A stretch of 64,000 nucleotides of DNA from Acidobacteriota bacterium. Lineage in GTDB: Bacteria; Acidobacteriota; Thermoanaerobaculia; Multivoradales; Multivoraceae. The notes beneath the pieces were generated by a model. That model saw only the letters and a list, made by a program, of their open reading frames with translations, made no database searches and was not told where the DNA came from. Position 1 is the first letter of the stretch, and the number at the start of each line of letters is the position of its first letter. Location of the stretch: NCBI GenBank assembly GCA_003388555.1, contig QQVD01000007.1, positions 10,030 through 74,029 of the forward strand, written 5' to 3'. Both the position numbers and the translations under genes were made by a program. Positions 9,007 through 17,661 of the stretch are shown here, piece by piece.

Positions 9007-10359
9007 TCACCGCACCTGCCCGCTCCCCCGTACCACGTACTTGTAGATCGTCAGCTCCTCGAGTCCCATCGGGCCGCGGGCGTGCAGCTTGTCGGTCGAG
9101 ATGCCGATCTCGGCGCCGAAGCCGAACTCGCCGCCGTCGGCGAAGCGGGTCGAGGCGTTGTGCAGCACGGTGGCGGAGTCGACCTCGGCGAGGAAGCGCG
9201 CCGCGGCCGCCTCGTCCTCGGTGACGATGGCGTCGGTGTGGCGCGAGCCGTGGCGCGCGATGTGGCGCAGCGCCTCGTCCAGCGAATCGACCACCCGCAC
9301 CGCCAGATCGAGCGACAGGTACTCGCGGCCCCAGTCGTCCTCTGTGGCAGGCACGGCCTCGGGCACCAGCTCGCAGGTCGCCGGATCGCCGTGCAGGGTC
9401 ACGCCGGCGTCCAGGAGCTCGCGGCCGTGGCGCGGCAGGAAGTGCGCTGCGACCTCGCGGTGTACCAGCAGCGTCTCCATCGCGTTGCACACTCCGGGGC
9501 GCTGCACCTTGGCGTTGTGGGAGATCGCCGCCGCCATCTCGAGCTCGGCGGCGCGGTCGACGTAGACGTGGCAGACGCCGTCGTAGTGCTTGAGCACCGG
9601 CATGCGGGCCGCGGCCGTCACCGCCTCGATCAGGCCGCGGCCGCCGCGCGGGATGATGAGATCGAGGCTGCCTTCCTGCTCGGCGAGATGGCGCACCCCG
9701 GTGCGGTCGACCTCATCGATCAGCTGGATCGCGTGCTCGGGCAGCTCGGCCCTCGCGGCGCCCCGCTGCAGTGCCGCGGCCAGCGCCAGGTTGGAGTGGA
9801 TCGCCTCCGAGCCGCCGCGCAGGATCGTCGCGTTGCCGGCCTTGAGGCACAGCGTCGCCGCGTCGACGGTGACGTTGGGGCGCGATTCGTAGATGATGCC
9901 GATCACTCCGATCGGCACCCGCACCTTCTCGAGCCGCAGCCCGTTGGGCCGCTGCCAGTCGCGCAGCACCTCGCCCACCGGATCCGGCAGCTCGGCGATG
10001 CGGCGCACGTCGGCGGCGATCGCCACGATGCGTCCTGCGTCGAGGCGCAGCCGGTCGAGCATCGCGTCGTCGAGGCCGGCCCGGACGCCCGCCCCGAGAT
10101 CGCGCGCGTTGGCTTCGACGATGCGCTCGGCGCCCGCCTCGAGCGAGTCCGCCATCGCCAGCAGGCCGGCGTTCTTGCGCTCGGTGGAGAGCGTCGCGAG
10201 TCGGGCTGCCGCGGTGCGGGCGTGCCGGCCCATGGCGGCGATGCGCTGGCGCAGGGAGCCGGCGGACTGTGAGACGTCGCCTGGCTGCGCGTCGCTCGTC
10301 CCCTGGCGCACGCCGCTCCGTTCTTCTCCCTGGGTGGCTTCGTGGCGATCGCCCATCAC
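9007..10359 (-). CDS. proA: Glutamate-5-semialdehyde dehydrogenase
   Basis: VPIGVIGIIYESRPNVT, RPGVCNAMETLL, NASTRFADGGEFGFGAEIGISTDKLHARGPMGL. Confidence 0.97.
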   Translation of the reverse strand: MMGDRHEATQGEERSGVRQGTSDAQPGDVSQSAGSLRQRIAAMGRHARTAAARLATLSTERKNAGLLAMADSLEAGAERIVEANARDLGAGVRAGLDDAMLDRLRLDAGRIVAIAADVRRIAELPDPVGEVLRDWQRPNGLRLEKVRVPIGVIGIIYESRPNVTVDAATLCLKAGNATILRGGSEAIHSNLALAAALQRGAARAELPEHAIQLIDEVDRTGVRHLAEQEGSLDLIIPRGGRGLIEAVTAAARMPVLKHYDGVCHVYVDRAAELEMAAAISHNAKVQRPGVCNAMETLLVHREVAAHFLPRHGRELLDAGVTLHGDPATCELVPEAVPATEDDWGREYLSLDLAVRVVDSLDEALRHIARHGSRHTDAIVTEDEAAAARFLAEVDSATVLHNASTRFADGGEFGFGAEIGISTDKLHARGPMGLEELTIYKYVVRGSGQVR

Positions 10360-11240
10360 GGCTCCGCTACGCGCGCGACGCGGCCCGGCGCCCCGCCGGT
10401 GCTGGTCGAATCGGTTGCGCTCTCGCTCCTCGGGCTGCGCGGCGCCCTCGAAGCGGCTGCGGCGTGGAAGTAGGTCCCGACGATCCCGCCTCCGGCGACG
10501 CCGGCGACGATCCCCGGCGCCCGGCCGTCGGCGATCCAGGTCGGGATGCCGGCCTCCACCGCGGTGCGCACCGCCAGCAGCTTCGAGGCCATGCCGCCCA
10601 CCGAGAGCCGGCCGTGGCCCGGGCCAGCCAGGTGCAGCACCGAGTCGACGTCCCGCACCTCGCGGATCAGCTCGCCGTTGCCGTCGGGCGAGTCGGTGAG
10701 CCCCACCGCGCCGGTGAGCAGCAGCAGCACGTCGGCGTCCGAGAGGATCGCCACCTCCGCCGACAGCTCGTCGTTGTCGCCGAACTTGAGCTCCTCCACC
10801 GCCACCGAGTCGTTCTCGTTGACGATCGGGATCGCGCCGCGTTTCTCGAGCAGCTCCTCGAGCGTGTTCTTGGCGTTGCGGTAGCGCAGCCGCGAATCGA
10901 GGTCCTGGTGAGTGAGCAGCAGCTGCGCCGCCACACAGCCCACCTCGTCGAACAGCGTGCGGTAGGTCTGCATCAGCCGCGCCTGGCCGATGGCCGCCAG
11001 CGCCTGCACCGAGGCCAGCGCCTCCGGCCGCTCCTCCAGCCCCAGCTCCATCAGCCCCGCCGCCACCGCGCCCGAGGAGACCAGCACGCAGCGGTGCCCC
11101 GCCGCCCGCAGCTCCGCGACCTCACCCACCAGCCACCGCATCTGAGGCAGGTCGAGCGCCAGCCCGCTCGGCTCGGCGAGCACGCCGCTGCCGATCTTGA
11201 TGACGATGCGCTGGGGGGGCTGGGGAAGGGAGCGAGACAT
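10356..11240 (-). CDS. proB: Glutamate 5-kinase (no PUA domain)
   Basis: IVIKIGSG, VSSGAVAAG, PIVNENDSV, FGDNDELS, GGMASK; overlaps the proA start. Confidence 0.96.
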   Translation of the reverse strand: MSRSLPQPPQRIVIKIGSGVLAEPSGLALDLPQMRWLVGEVAELRAAGHRCVLVSSGAVAAGLMELGLEERPEALASVQALAAIGQARLMQTYRTLFDEVGCVAAQLLLTHQDLDSRLRYRNAKNTLEELLEKRGAIPIVNENDSVAVEELKFGDNDELSAEVAILSDADVLLLLTGAVGLTDSPDGNGELIREVRDVDSVLHLAGPGHGRLSVGGMASKLLAVRTAVEAGIPTWIADGRAPGIVAGVAGGGIVGTYFHAAAASRAPRSPRSESATDSTSTGGAPGRVARVAEP

Positions 11241-11246
11241 CAGCCG

Positions 11247-12737
11247 ATGCTATTGAGCCGCCTCGTTCTCGCCAAGGCGAATCCGGGGGCCGATCCGGAC
11301 CTCTACGTAGAGCACTACACCTACGACGTGTTCGGCAACCGAGTTCAGGTGCGCGAGCAGCACTGGCCCTTCGTCGGTTCGACCCCCTACGAGGACTACA
11401 CCCATCTCGAGTCGACGAGTGTTTCGACGAATCAGATGACCGTCCCGGGATACGGTTTCGACCTCTCCGGCAACATGACGACTCGCCCGGGCGCGGGCGC
11501 CTCTCAGATCACGATGGCGTGGGACGACCTCGACGCCCTGCGTGAGCTGAACAACGACAACCGGCAGACCCGCTACGTCTACTCGGCGGAGGCGGAGCGC
11601 GGCATCGTCATCCGTCCGGACGACGGCACCGGCCAGAACCCGATTACCCTCTATCTGCGCGATCTGAACGGCCGCATCGTCTCCGAGTTCGAAGCCCCGC
11701 CGGGTTGTGTGGGCGGCTGCCCACCGCAGGTCTACGACGACTGGATCGCGGGCGGTGCCGGCTGGCAACGCGACTACTTCTTCGCCAACGACGAGCACCT
11801 GGTCACCATCCAGCGCGATCCGGCGGATCCACAGAGCGAGGTGCGGCGGTCCTACTGGCGCGACACGTGGGACATCATCCGCATCGTCTCATTGAGCGAG
11901 GGACTGGAGAGGAACTACGAGGATCCGAAGGATCGTGACCTCTTCCTGCTGCCCTTCGGCAACCAGGGCATCAACCTCAACATCACCTCGTTCGACCCGC
12001 GCGATCACGCGCTGCGTTTCGCCAACCACGAGCGCGACACCAACGCGCCGGACGACGCCACCGACGACGCGGACTACATGCACGCCCGCTACTACATCCC
12101 GGAGCGGGGCCGGTTCATGAGCGTCGACCCGATCAACTCGGCGGATCCGATGGTGCCGCAGAGTTGGAACAAGTATGCGTATGCGCTGAACAATCCGGTA
12201 TCGTTCCATGATCCGGATGGGCGCTTCGCGCTCGGGATCCTGAAGAAGGGCGTCAAGCTCGCGATCAAGGGCGGCGACCTCGGTGCCACCTTCGGCGGAC
12301 TCGTCGATGACGTCAAGACGGTCTTCGACAAGGATGCCTCGGGTGGTGATCGGGTGCTCGCGGCCCTCTCGGCAGCGAGTGAGGTGTTCTCGCCGGTCAG
12401 TGCGCGGGATGCGAAGGCGATTGGGACGGCGCTTGGGGCGACGAAGCGACGGCCGACCTCTGCGCAAAGGGCAGCCGCTCTTGAGAGGGCAGAGGACTCG
12501 GAAGGAGTAGCTCGGTGCACGTACTGCGAGGTCGAGCTCGATCGAACCAGTGGAAGTTCCAACTCTGCCGAAGTGGACCACTATGTTCCGTGGGCTCGCG
12601 GTGGCGAGACGGTTGACTCGAATCTGAATGCCTCGTGCCGGACGTGCAACAGGTCGGCGGGAGCGAAGGAGAAGTCCAGTGAGCCTGGTGAGGGACTGTG
12701 GGTTCCGCCGAAAGACCGAAAAGACAAGGGAAATTGA
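11247..12737 (+). CDS. 5'-truncated RHS repeat protein with C-terminal HNH nuclease toxin
   Basis: YTYDVFGNR repeats; RHS core YMHARYY..GRFMSVDP..WNKYAYALNNPVSFHDPDG; tip CTYC..EVDHYVPWARGGET..NLNASCRTCN; real start doubtful. Confidence 0.85.
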   Translation: MLLSRLVLAKANPGADPDLYVEHYTYDVFGNRVQVREQHWPFVGSTPYEDYTHLESTSVSTNQMTVPGYGFDLSGNMTTRPGAGASQITMAWDDLDALRELNNDNRQTRYVYSAEAERGIVIRPDDGTGQNPITLYLRDLNGRIVSEFEAPPGCVGGCPPQVYDDWIAGGAGWQRDYFFANDEHLVTIQRDPADPQSEVRRSYWRDTWDIIRIVSLSEGLERNYEDPKDRDLFLLPFGNQGINLNITSFDPRDHALRFANHERDTNAPDDATDDADYMHARYYIPERGRFMSVDPINSADPMVPQSWNKYAYALNNPVSFHDPDGRFALGILKKGVKLAIKGGDLGATFGGLVDDVKTVFDKDASGGDRVLAALSAASEVFSPVSARDAKAIGTALGATKRRPTSAQRAAALERAEDSEGVARCTYCEVELDRTSGSSNSAEVDHYVPWARGGETVDSNLNASCRTCNRSAGAKEKSSEPGEGLWVPPKDRKDKGN

Positions 12738-13057
12738 CGCTCGTGGTTAGGGGGGCTGAGTCTCCATTGGTTCGTCGCATCCGAGAGGCGGTTGCGGCTG
12801 AGCATGCCGCAGGGACTAAACCTACCAAGCTGCGGGTAAGCGTGGCGAGCGAGGCTAGTTGGGAACCGAGCCCGCGAGGCGACAAGATACGAGTGAGGTG
12901 GCTATGCTGGAATCTGGGGACCGATGAGCGAGAGCTCACCGCGCCAGAGTTTGAGGTGATCTCTCCACAGATTACCGAAGCTATACTTCGGTCTGAGATG
13001 CCTGGCCACTTCCCTTCTCTGCTTGTGGAAGTCGACTCAAACATCGACGTCGACTGA
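12734..13057 (+). CDS. Putative immunity protein for the RHS-HNH toxin
   Basis: TTG start overlaps the toxin stop (TTGA); small, visibly lower-GC ORF; function inferred from position. Confidence 0.6.
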   Translation: MTLVVRGAESPLVRRIREAVAAEHAAGTKPTKLRVSVASEASWEPSPRGDKIRVRWLCWNLGTDERELTAPEFEVISPQITEAILRSEMPGHFPSLLVEVDSNIDVD

Positions 13058-13079
13058 AGTAGGGTAGGGAACTTAAGAA

Positions 13080-13131
13080 TTCTTAAGGGGTCAGGGACCT
13101 GGCAGTTCTTAAGGGGTCAGGGACCTGGCAG
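13080..13131 (+). repeat. Exact 26-bp tandem duplication containing REP-like motif B
   Basis: TTCTTAAGGGGTCAGGGACCTGGCAG x2, preceded by overlapping palindrome CTTAAGAATTCTTAAG. Confidence 0.9.
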
Positions 13132-13315
13132 GACCTCCTTGGAGTCGCCGCCCCGAGAGCCCGCGTTTCAGCTGAAGCGTCTGCTGGCCAGAGCCGACGC
13201 CGACGGCCAGATACGGCGATGCCGGCACGGCACCTTCGGCATCGTGCGCTGTGTTGGCCGCCCTCTGTGCTCGGTGGACGACGAACCTTGGCCGGCTCGA
13301 GAGCCGGCGCCGGCG

Positions 13316-14299
13316 TCAGCTCGGGGCTTCGAGGGCCCTGCGGACCTCGGCGTTGAGCCTGGGCAGGTGGCAGCCTTCTGGGAACTCTCCGATCGCTTCG
13401 CGGATGCCGGAGCGCAGGCGCTCGGAGGCTTGCATGTAGGAGCTCACCCAGGCGTGGTACTGCTCCCAGAACTCGAACCTGATCTGGCGGGTGGCGGCGT
13501 GGCATAGGGGCTTCGGGCTTCGCTTGGTCTTCTCGGGTCTGGGATGGGGATCGCGGCGCAGGATCCTCTTCTTCCAGTCGTCGGGGACCTGGGCGATGAG
13601 GTGTGCGTACTTCTCCTGGATGGACTCCAGCAGGCTCAGGATCGACTCTCGAATCTGCTTCCCGCAGAAGCCCTGCCAGCAGGGGATGGGAGAGAGCACG
13701 ATGTCGAGCGAGTGGGTGTAGTCGATCTTGCGCGGCTCTGCGTGGTGCACGCGACGGTTCTTCGAGCGCTGGTTTGCCTCCCAGGCTCGGCGAGCGCGAT
13801 AGAGCCCGGTTCGGTCGATCCACTTGCCGCCGCGGATCCGCATCTTCCCCTTCATCAGCTGCTTGACGCCGCTGACCCCGGGCCAGTCCTGCGGCCGGCG
13901 GACGAGTCCCTCTTTCACCCCATGGGCGAGCAGGTAGGCGAGGCGCTCGACCTGGGCCTTCTCCTCGTCGGTGACTGGGACTGCGCTGTAGCGGCCGCGG
14001 AAGATGCCGCCCTCCCAGGAGATCTCGGTCCCGATCTCCTTGGACAGGTTGCTGCCGATGTAGCGCTGGAAGGCTTCGAGCTGCTCGTGGTCCCGCGGAC
14101 ACAGATAGAGGTGCGCGTGGTTGCTCATCACGACGACGTCGTAGATGGTCATGCCGTAGAGGAGCTGGGCCCTCGCGATGACGCCTTTGATCAGGGCGTT
14201 GACACGGTCGCTCGGCCGCAGCAGGAAACGCGACTGGAAGCAGCGCATGGTGATGACCATGGGCTTGCCTGGCGGGACGAAGCGGGGCGGGCGGGGCAG
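13316..14299 (-). CDS. REP-associated tyrosine transposase-like (RAYT, HUH/Y1 family)
   Basis: (M)PRPPR..ITMRC, VVMSNHAHL (HUH), FRGRY, AYLLAHGVKEGLV..PQDWPGVS; probable CTG start at 14299 behind GGAGGT (alternative ATG at 14260). Confidence 0.85.
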   Translation of the reverse strand: MPRPPRFVPPGKPMVITMRCFQSRFLLRPSDRVNALIKGVIARAQLLYGMTIYDVVVMSNHAHLYLCPRDHEQLEAFQRYIGSNLSKEIGTEISWEGGIFRGRYSAVPVTDEEKAQVERLAYLLAHGVKEGLVRRPQDWPGVSGVKQLMKGKMRIRGGKWIDRTGLYRARRAWEANQRSKNRRVHHAEPRKIDYTHSLDIVLSPIPCWQGFCGKQIRESILSLLESIQEKYAHLIAQVPDDWKKRILRRDPHPRPEKTKRSPKPLCHAATRQIRFEFWEQYHAWVSSYMQASERLRSGIREAIGEFPEGCHLPRLNAEVRRALEAPS

Positions 14300-14461
14300 G
14301 GCGGACCTCCGGCGGTGCGGTCCGCGCGAGTGGGTGCGCGGACGCTGTATGCCCACCAGAACGATGCCGCGCGAGCCTGGCTGACGCCGCGTGGCGAATG
14401 TGACGCCGCTTGGCGAATGAGCGGGTCCCGGCGCCTCGCTCGACTTCGGCGCCGATCTCAC

Positions 14462-14612
14462 TCAGCGAGAACGGTCGACGTTGTCGTGCAGCCTCTCGAG
14501 AACCGCGACGTGATCAAGCGCAGCTTCCAAGACGTCGCCTGCGTAGCCGCTCGCGATCGGCACCCGATGCGACGATCGCCTCGATGTCGGTGTCGGCGAG
14601 ATCCTGGGAGCC
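14462..14612 (-). pseudogene. Possible C-terminal remnant of a nucleotidyltransferase-family gene
   Basis: Reads SQDLADTDIEAIVASGADRERLR and, in a shifted frame, LEAALDHVAVLERLHDNVDRSR*; QDLAD is typical of NTase C-termini. Confidence 0.3.
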
Positions 14613-14719
14613 CTAGGGGAGTGCCAGTCGTCTGAGAGAGCTCTCCGCCGGAGAGAGCGTCTCGTTCGCGGATGATCCTGAATGGCGAGCTCGGTCGGCT
14701 GATCGAGTGGCGCCGGCGC

Positions 14720-15210
14720 TCAGTCGTCGTCGGGCGACTCACCCACCAGATCGAGAGCGTCGACGACGAGAGATGGCGCCAGGTAGAGGCCCTGCTGGAG
14801 CAGAGCTTGGAGCACTGGCCGGGCCTCCGGGACGAGACCCGCCTTCCGTGCTCTCAGGATGACGCCGAGCGTTCCCGTGGTCGAGATCTCTAGGGACGCG
14901 GCGCATCGTCGTGCCTCGAGATCGTCGACGATCGCCTCGCAACCCGCCAACCGAGAGCGACGGCCAGGACCGACGACTCCCCGGGTCCGAGATCCCACCG
15001 TTCGATCTCGACCGGGACGACCGGCGCCTCCACCACGCGAAAGCGCACAGGTAGCGAACGGACTTCGGGGTTCTGCTCGGCACCGGCGAGCACTTCCTCT
15101 CGCACAGCTTCCGGCACGACGACTTCGTCGGCCAGCTTGGTCAGGAGATCGAGACGATCGATCCGGCTCAGGAGGATGAGCGGCGAGGCATTGACGACGA
15201 AGCGCCTCAC
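14720..15210 (-). pseudogene. DUF3368 PIN-domain protein, frameshifted
   Basis: N-half VVNASPLILLSRIDRLDLL..DLGPGESSVLA and C-half IVDDLEARRCA..TGTLGVILRARKAGL are in different frames, switching near 14950. Confidence 0.8.
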
Positions 15211-15461
15211 CCGTCGCGTGCCAACTCTTGCCGCAGCTCCTCGGTCGACGTCTGGAGCGCGGGGATCCGGCGCCGGAACAGCTCCTCGAGGAATGCCGCT
15301 CGAGTCACACCGCCGATCTCGGCAGCCTTGCCCTGGGAGATCTCGCCTTGGGAGTACCAGTGGATGGCAGCAGCGAGGCGCATCTCGCGCTGGAACTCCT
15401 CAGGGGAGCGACGGAGCGCCGAGAAGACGTCGGCTGGCAGATCGAAGGTCACTGTCGGCAT
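15207..15461 (-). CDS. UPF0175 family antitoxin
   Basis: REMRLAAAIHWYSQGEISQGKAAEIGGVTRAAFL; overlaps the DUF3368 start. Confidence 0.88.
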   Translation of the reverse strand: MPTVTFDLPADVFSALRRSPEEFQREMRLAAAIHWYSQGEISQGKAAEIGGVTRAAFLEELFRRRIPALQTSTEELRQELARDG

Positions 15462-15533
15462 GGCGGCATCGTAACCCGGAACATGTGTGGGTTCGCGCCT
15501 CCCTCTACACCAATCGCCTTTGCGGGAACTAGA

Positions 15534-15549
15534 GGGTCAGGGACCTGGC
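15534..15549 (+). repeat. REP-like motif B, copy 3
   Basis: GGGTCAGGGACCTGGC. Confidence 0.8.
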
Positions 15550-15607
15550 TCTTCGGGAATCGTGGTGGAGATCTCGTAGTCTGTCCTGGATGTAGCTAAG
15601 CCTTTGA

Positions 15608-15865
15608 CACCTTAGATCACCTTGGATCACTGACTTTCCCCTCGCCGAGAACGGTCAGCCCGAGCTGCTGGACTTCACCTGCACCGACGGGGTGCGTGGG
15701 CAGGGGCTGGACGGCACGTCGGGTCTGGCGGTCTCCTCTGACGGCCGGAAGGTCTACGCCACCGGCTTCCTCGATCACTCACAGGTCGGGTTCACGGTCT
15801 TGCCATTGTTCGCGGACGGCTTCGAGGGTGGCGATGCCGGAGCCTGGAGCGCGGTTGTCGACTGA
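15608..15865 (+). pseudogene. 3' fragment of a beta-propeller (lactonase-like) protein with C-terminal FADGFE motif
   Basis: No start codon; reads ..GLDGTSGLAVSSDGRKVYATG..PLFADGFEGGDAGAWSAVVD*. Confidence 0.7.
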
Positions 15866-15933
15866 GTGTGGGGGCCAGGGCGGAGCTCGCCGGTAACGTT
15901 GACTAAGCCGATGACCAAGTCGATGCTGTGCTC

Positions 15934-16164
15934 ATGACCGAGGTCTCCGTGCGCGAAGCGAAGACGCATCTCTCGCGCCTGCTCCGTCGGGTGGCGAGTG
16001 GCGAGGAGATCGTGATCTCCAGGTCCGGCACTCCCGTGGCGCGCCTGGTGCCGCTGACGCCGCCGGGTCGGCGAGTGCTCGGAAGGGACCGTGGGGCGTT
16101 CGTGGTGCCCGCCGACTTCGACGACTCGCTGCCCGAAGACGTGCTCGCCGCCTTCGAGGGATGA
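15934..16164 (+). CDS. Phd/YefM family antitoxin
   Basis: MTEVSVREAKTHLSRLLRRVASGEEIVISRSGTPVARLVP. Confidence 0.92.
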   Translation: MTEVSVREAKTHLSRLLRRVASGEEIVISRSGTPVARLVPLTPPGRRVLGRDRGAFVVPADFDDSLPEDVLAAFEG

Positions 16165-16553
16165 GAGTCCTCCTCGATACGCACGTCTGGCTGTGGATGC
16201 AGGTCGAGCCGGAGCGTTTCTCGAGAGACACGACGGAGGAGATCCTGCTCGACTCCACGGTGGATCTGCTTCTGTCCGCGGCCAGCTCCTGGGAGATCGC
16301 GATCCAGCACGCTCTCGGCAAGCTCGAGCTGCCGCTGGCTCCGACGGAGTACGTCCCGTCGCGAATGGCTTCGAGTGGTGTGCTCGGCCTGCCGATCGAG
16401 CATGCGCACGCGCTGCACGTCGCCTCTTTGCCGCCGCACCACACTGACCCCTTCGATCGGCTGCTCGTCGCTCAGGCTCAGCTCGAATCGCTGCCGATCC
16501 TCACCGCCGACGCGCAACTGGCGGCCTACGACGTGCAGCTCCTGCAGCCGTGA
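16161..16553 (+). CDS. VapC-like PIN domain toxin
   Basis: MRVLLDTHVWLW..SAASSWEIAI..HHTDPFDRLLVAQA..ILTAD; ATGA overlap with the antitoxin. Confidence 0.93.
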   Translation: MRVLLDTHVWLWMQVEPERFSRDTTEEILLDSTVDLLLSAASSWEIAIQHALGKLELPLAPTEYVPSRMASSGVLGLPIEHAHALHVASLPPHHTDPFDRLLVAQAQLESLPILTADAQLAAYDVQLLQP

Positions 16554-16674
16554 GACACGGGACGGTGGTGCTGGCGATCCGTTACGGACGTCACCTTCTG
16601 CGCGAGTCTGAGGAGAGCGGCCTGAGCCCGATCGCTCTCTCCTCAGCCCGAGGAGGACGCAGCGACCGGGAGCT

Positions 16675-16755
16675 CCTCACTCCATCGACGAGCTCGTCGG
16701 CAGCCAGAGGTCGCCCTGGCGGGTCATCGTGACCTCGCCCTTCACCGGCTCTCCC
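16675..16755 (-). repeat. Near-exact duplicate of the 3' end of CDS 18062-18928
   Basis: 81 bp matching 18060-18140 with one synonymous mismatch, including the stop codon; ends 12 bp before motif B. Confidence 0.9.
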
Positions 16756-16767
16756 CCATTCGGTGAA

Positions 16768-16787
16768 AAGGGTCAGGGACCTGGCAG
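16768..16787 (+). repeat. REP-like motif B, copy 4
   Basis: AAGGGTCAGGGACCTGGCAG. Confidence 0.82.
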
Positions 16788-16975
16788 CACCAACCAGGAA
16801 GACGATGTCCCCCGTGGTTCGGGGGCGATTGCGGAGGCGTTTGCCGCCAGCCCTCCGGCCAGCGGGTCCGGATGCCCGCATCGGCCAGCATACGCGACAC
16901 CTCCCGCACAGCTCGCTCGTAGCCCGGAACCGGCCGTAGCGCTCGCTCGAGGTCCGGTTTCCGCCCCGGGTTCAT
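16788..16975 (-). pseudogene. Degenerate 5' fragment of a nucleotidyltransferase gene
   Basis: Across frameshifts: YERAVREVSRMLADAGIR / LAGGLAANA / RNRPRTTGDIVFLVG = GGLA..PRxTxDxD motif; stops at motif B. Confidence 0.6.
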
Positions 16976-17197
16976 GCGTCGGCTCCTCTGGATCGCGATC
17001 TGGGCGCGCATCTCCACGGGTCTACTCCTCGCGCGCGCCGAACCGTCTTCACCGGTGCACATCTGGCCTCGCCGCTGGCGGGGTTTCCAGGGAACTCGAG
17101 GGTGAGTGGTCTGGAAGGACGGATGCGGATCTCTTCCATTCCTCGGGTACCCGCGGAGGAGGGCGCATAGGGAGTGCCAGGCGTTCGAGGAGACCGC

Positions 17198-17659
17198 CTA
17201 CTCGCCTCTCCTGTCCCGCACCAGCTTCAGGACCCTCGCGTCTTCCTGATGCCGTGGGTGATCGATGTGGCGCTTGATCTCGTAGAGCCCGTCGAGGTCG
17301 ATCCATGAGGCCTCGGCGTCGCCGTAGGGCGAGAGGATTCGCCGCTCCCAGGCTTCGTCGAACGTCGGACCTCCGGCGCTCGCGGGGTCACGAAGGATGT
17401 CGATCCGGTTTGGAGCCACTCCTAGCTGGAGGATCTCCTGATCGTCGTCCGGGTCGAGGAGGTGGGGACTGCCGAACTCGACGAGCGCCCGGTTCGTCCG
17501 CTCGACGTTGTCGGTCCTGGGATCCACCCAGAGATCCATGTCTTTGGTGAATCGGGGTTTGGCGTGAAAGATGAAGGCCAGTCCGCCGACGATCAGATAG
17601 CGGACCCGATGCTCTCCGAGGATCTCCAGCAAATCCTCGAAGTCCCGGATGGTCTCCAT
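17198..17659 (-). CDS. Nucleotidyltransferase (DUF6036-like, putative TA component)
   Basis: VRYLIVGGLAFIFHAKPRFTKDMDLW..RIDIL..LYEIK..RHQED. Confidence 0.85.
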   Translation of the reverse strand: METIRDFEDLLEILGEHRVRYLIVGGLAFIFHAKPRFTKDMDLWVDPRTDNVERTNRALVEFGSPHLLDPDDDQEILQLGVAPNRIDILRDPASAGGPTFDEAWERRILSPYGDAEASWIDLDGLYEIKRHIDHPRHQEDARVLKLVRDRRGE

Positions 17660-17661
17660 CC

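Noticed and set aside
10356-11240. proB lacking the PUA domain as a truncation
   Set aside because: PUA-less glutamate 5-kinases are a known natural form, and the gene is coupled to proA.
10269-11246. N-terminal extension of the 822-aa RHS ORF
   Set aside because: It is the antisense frame of proB; RHS-like sequence starts only after ~11290.
13080-13131. 26-bp direct repeats as a CRISPR array
   Set aside because: The two copies are adjacent with no spacer, other copies are over 1 kb apart, and no cas genes are present.
13316-14461. IS200/IS605 element with TnpB, or an integron
   Set aside because: No tnpB/RuvC gene, tyrosine integrase or attC-like sites seen; length and motifs fit a RAYT-like protein better.
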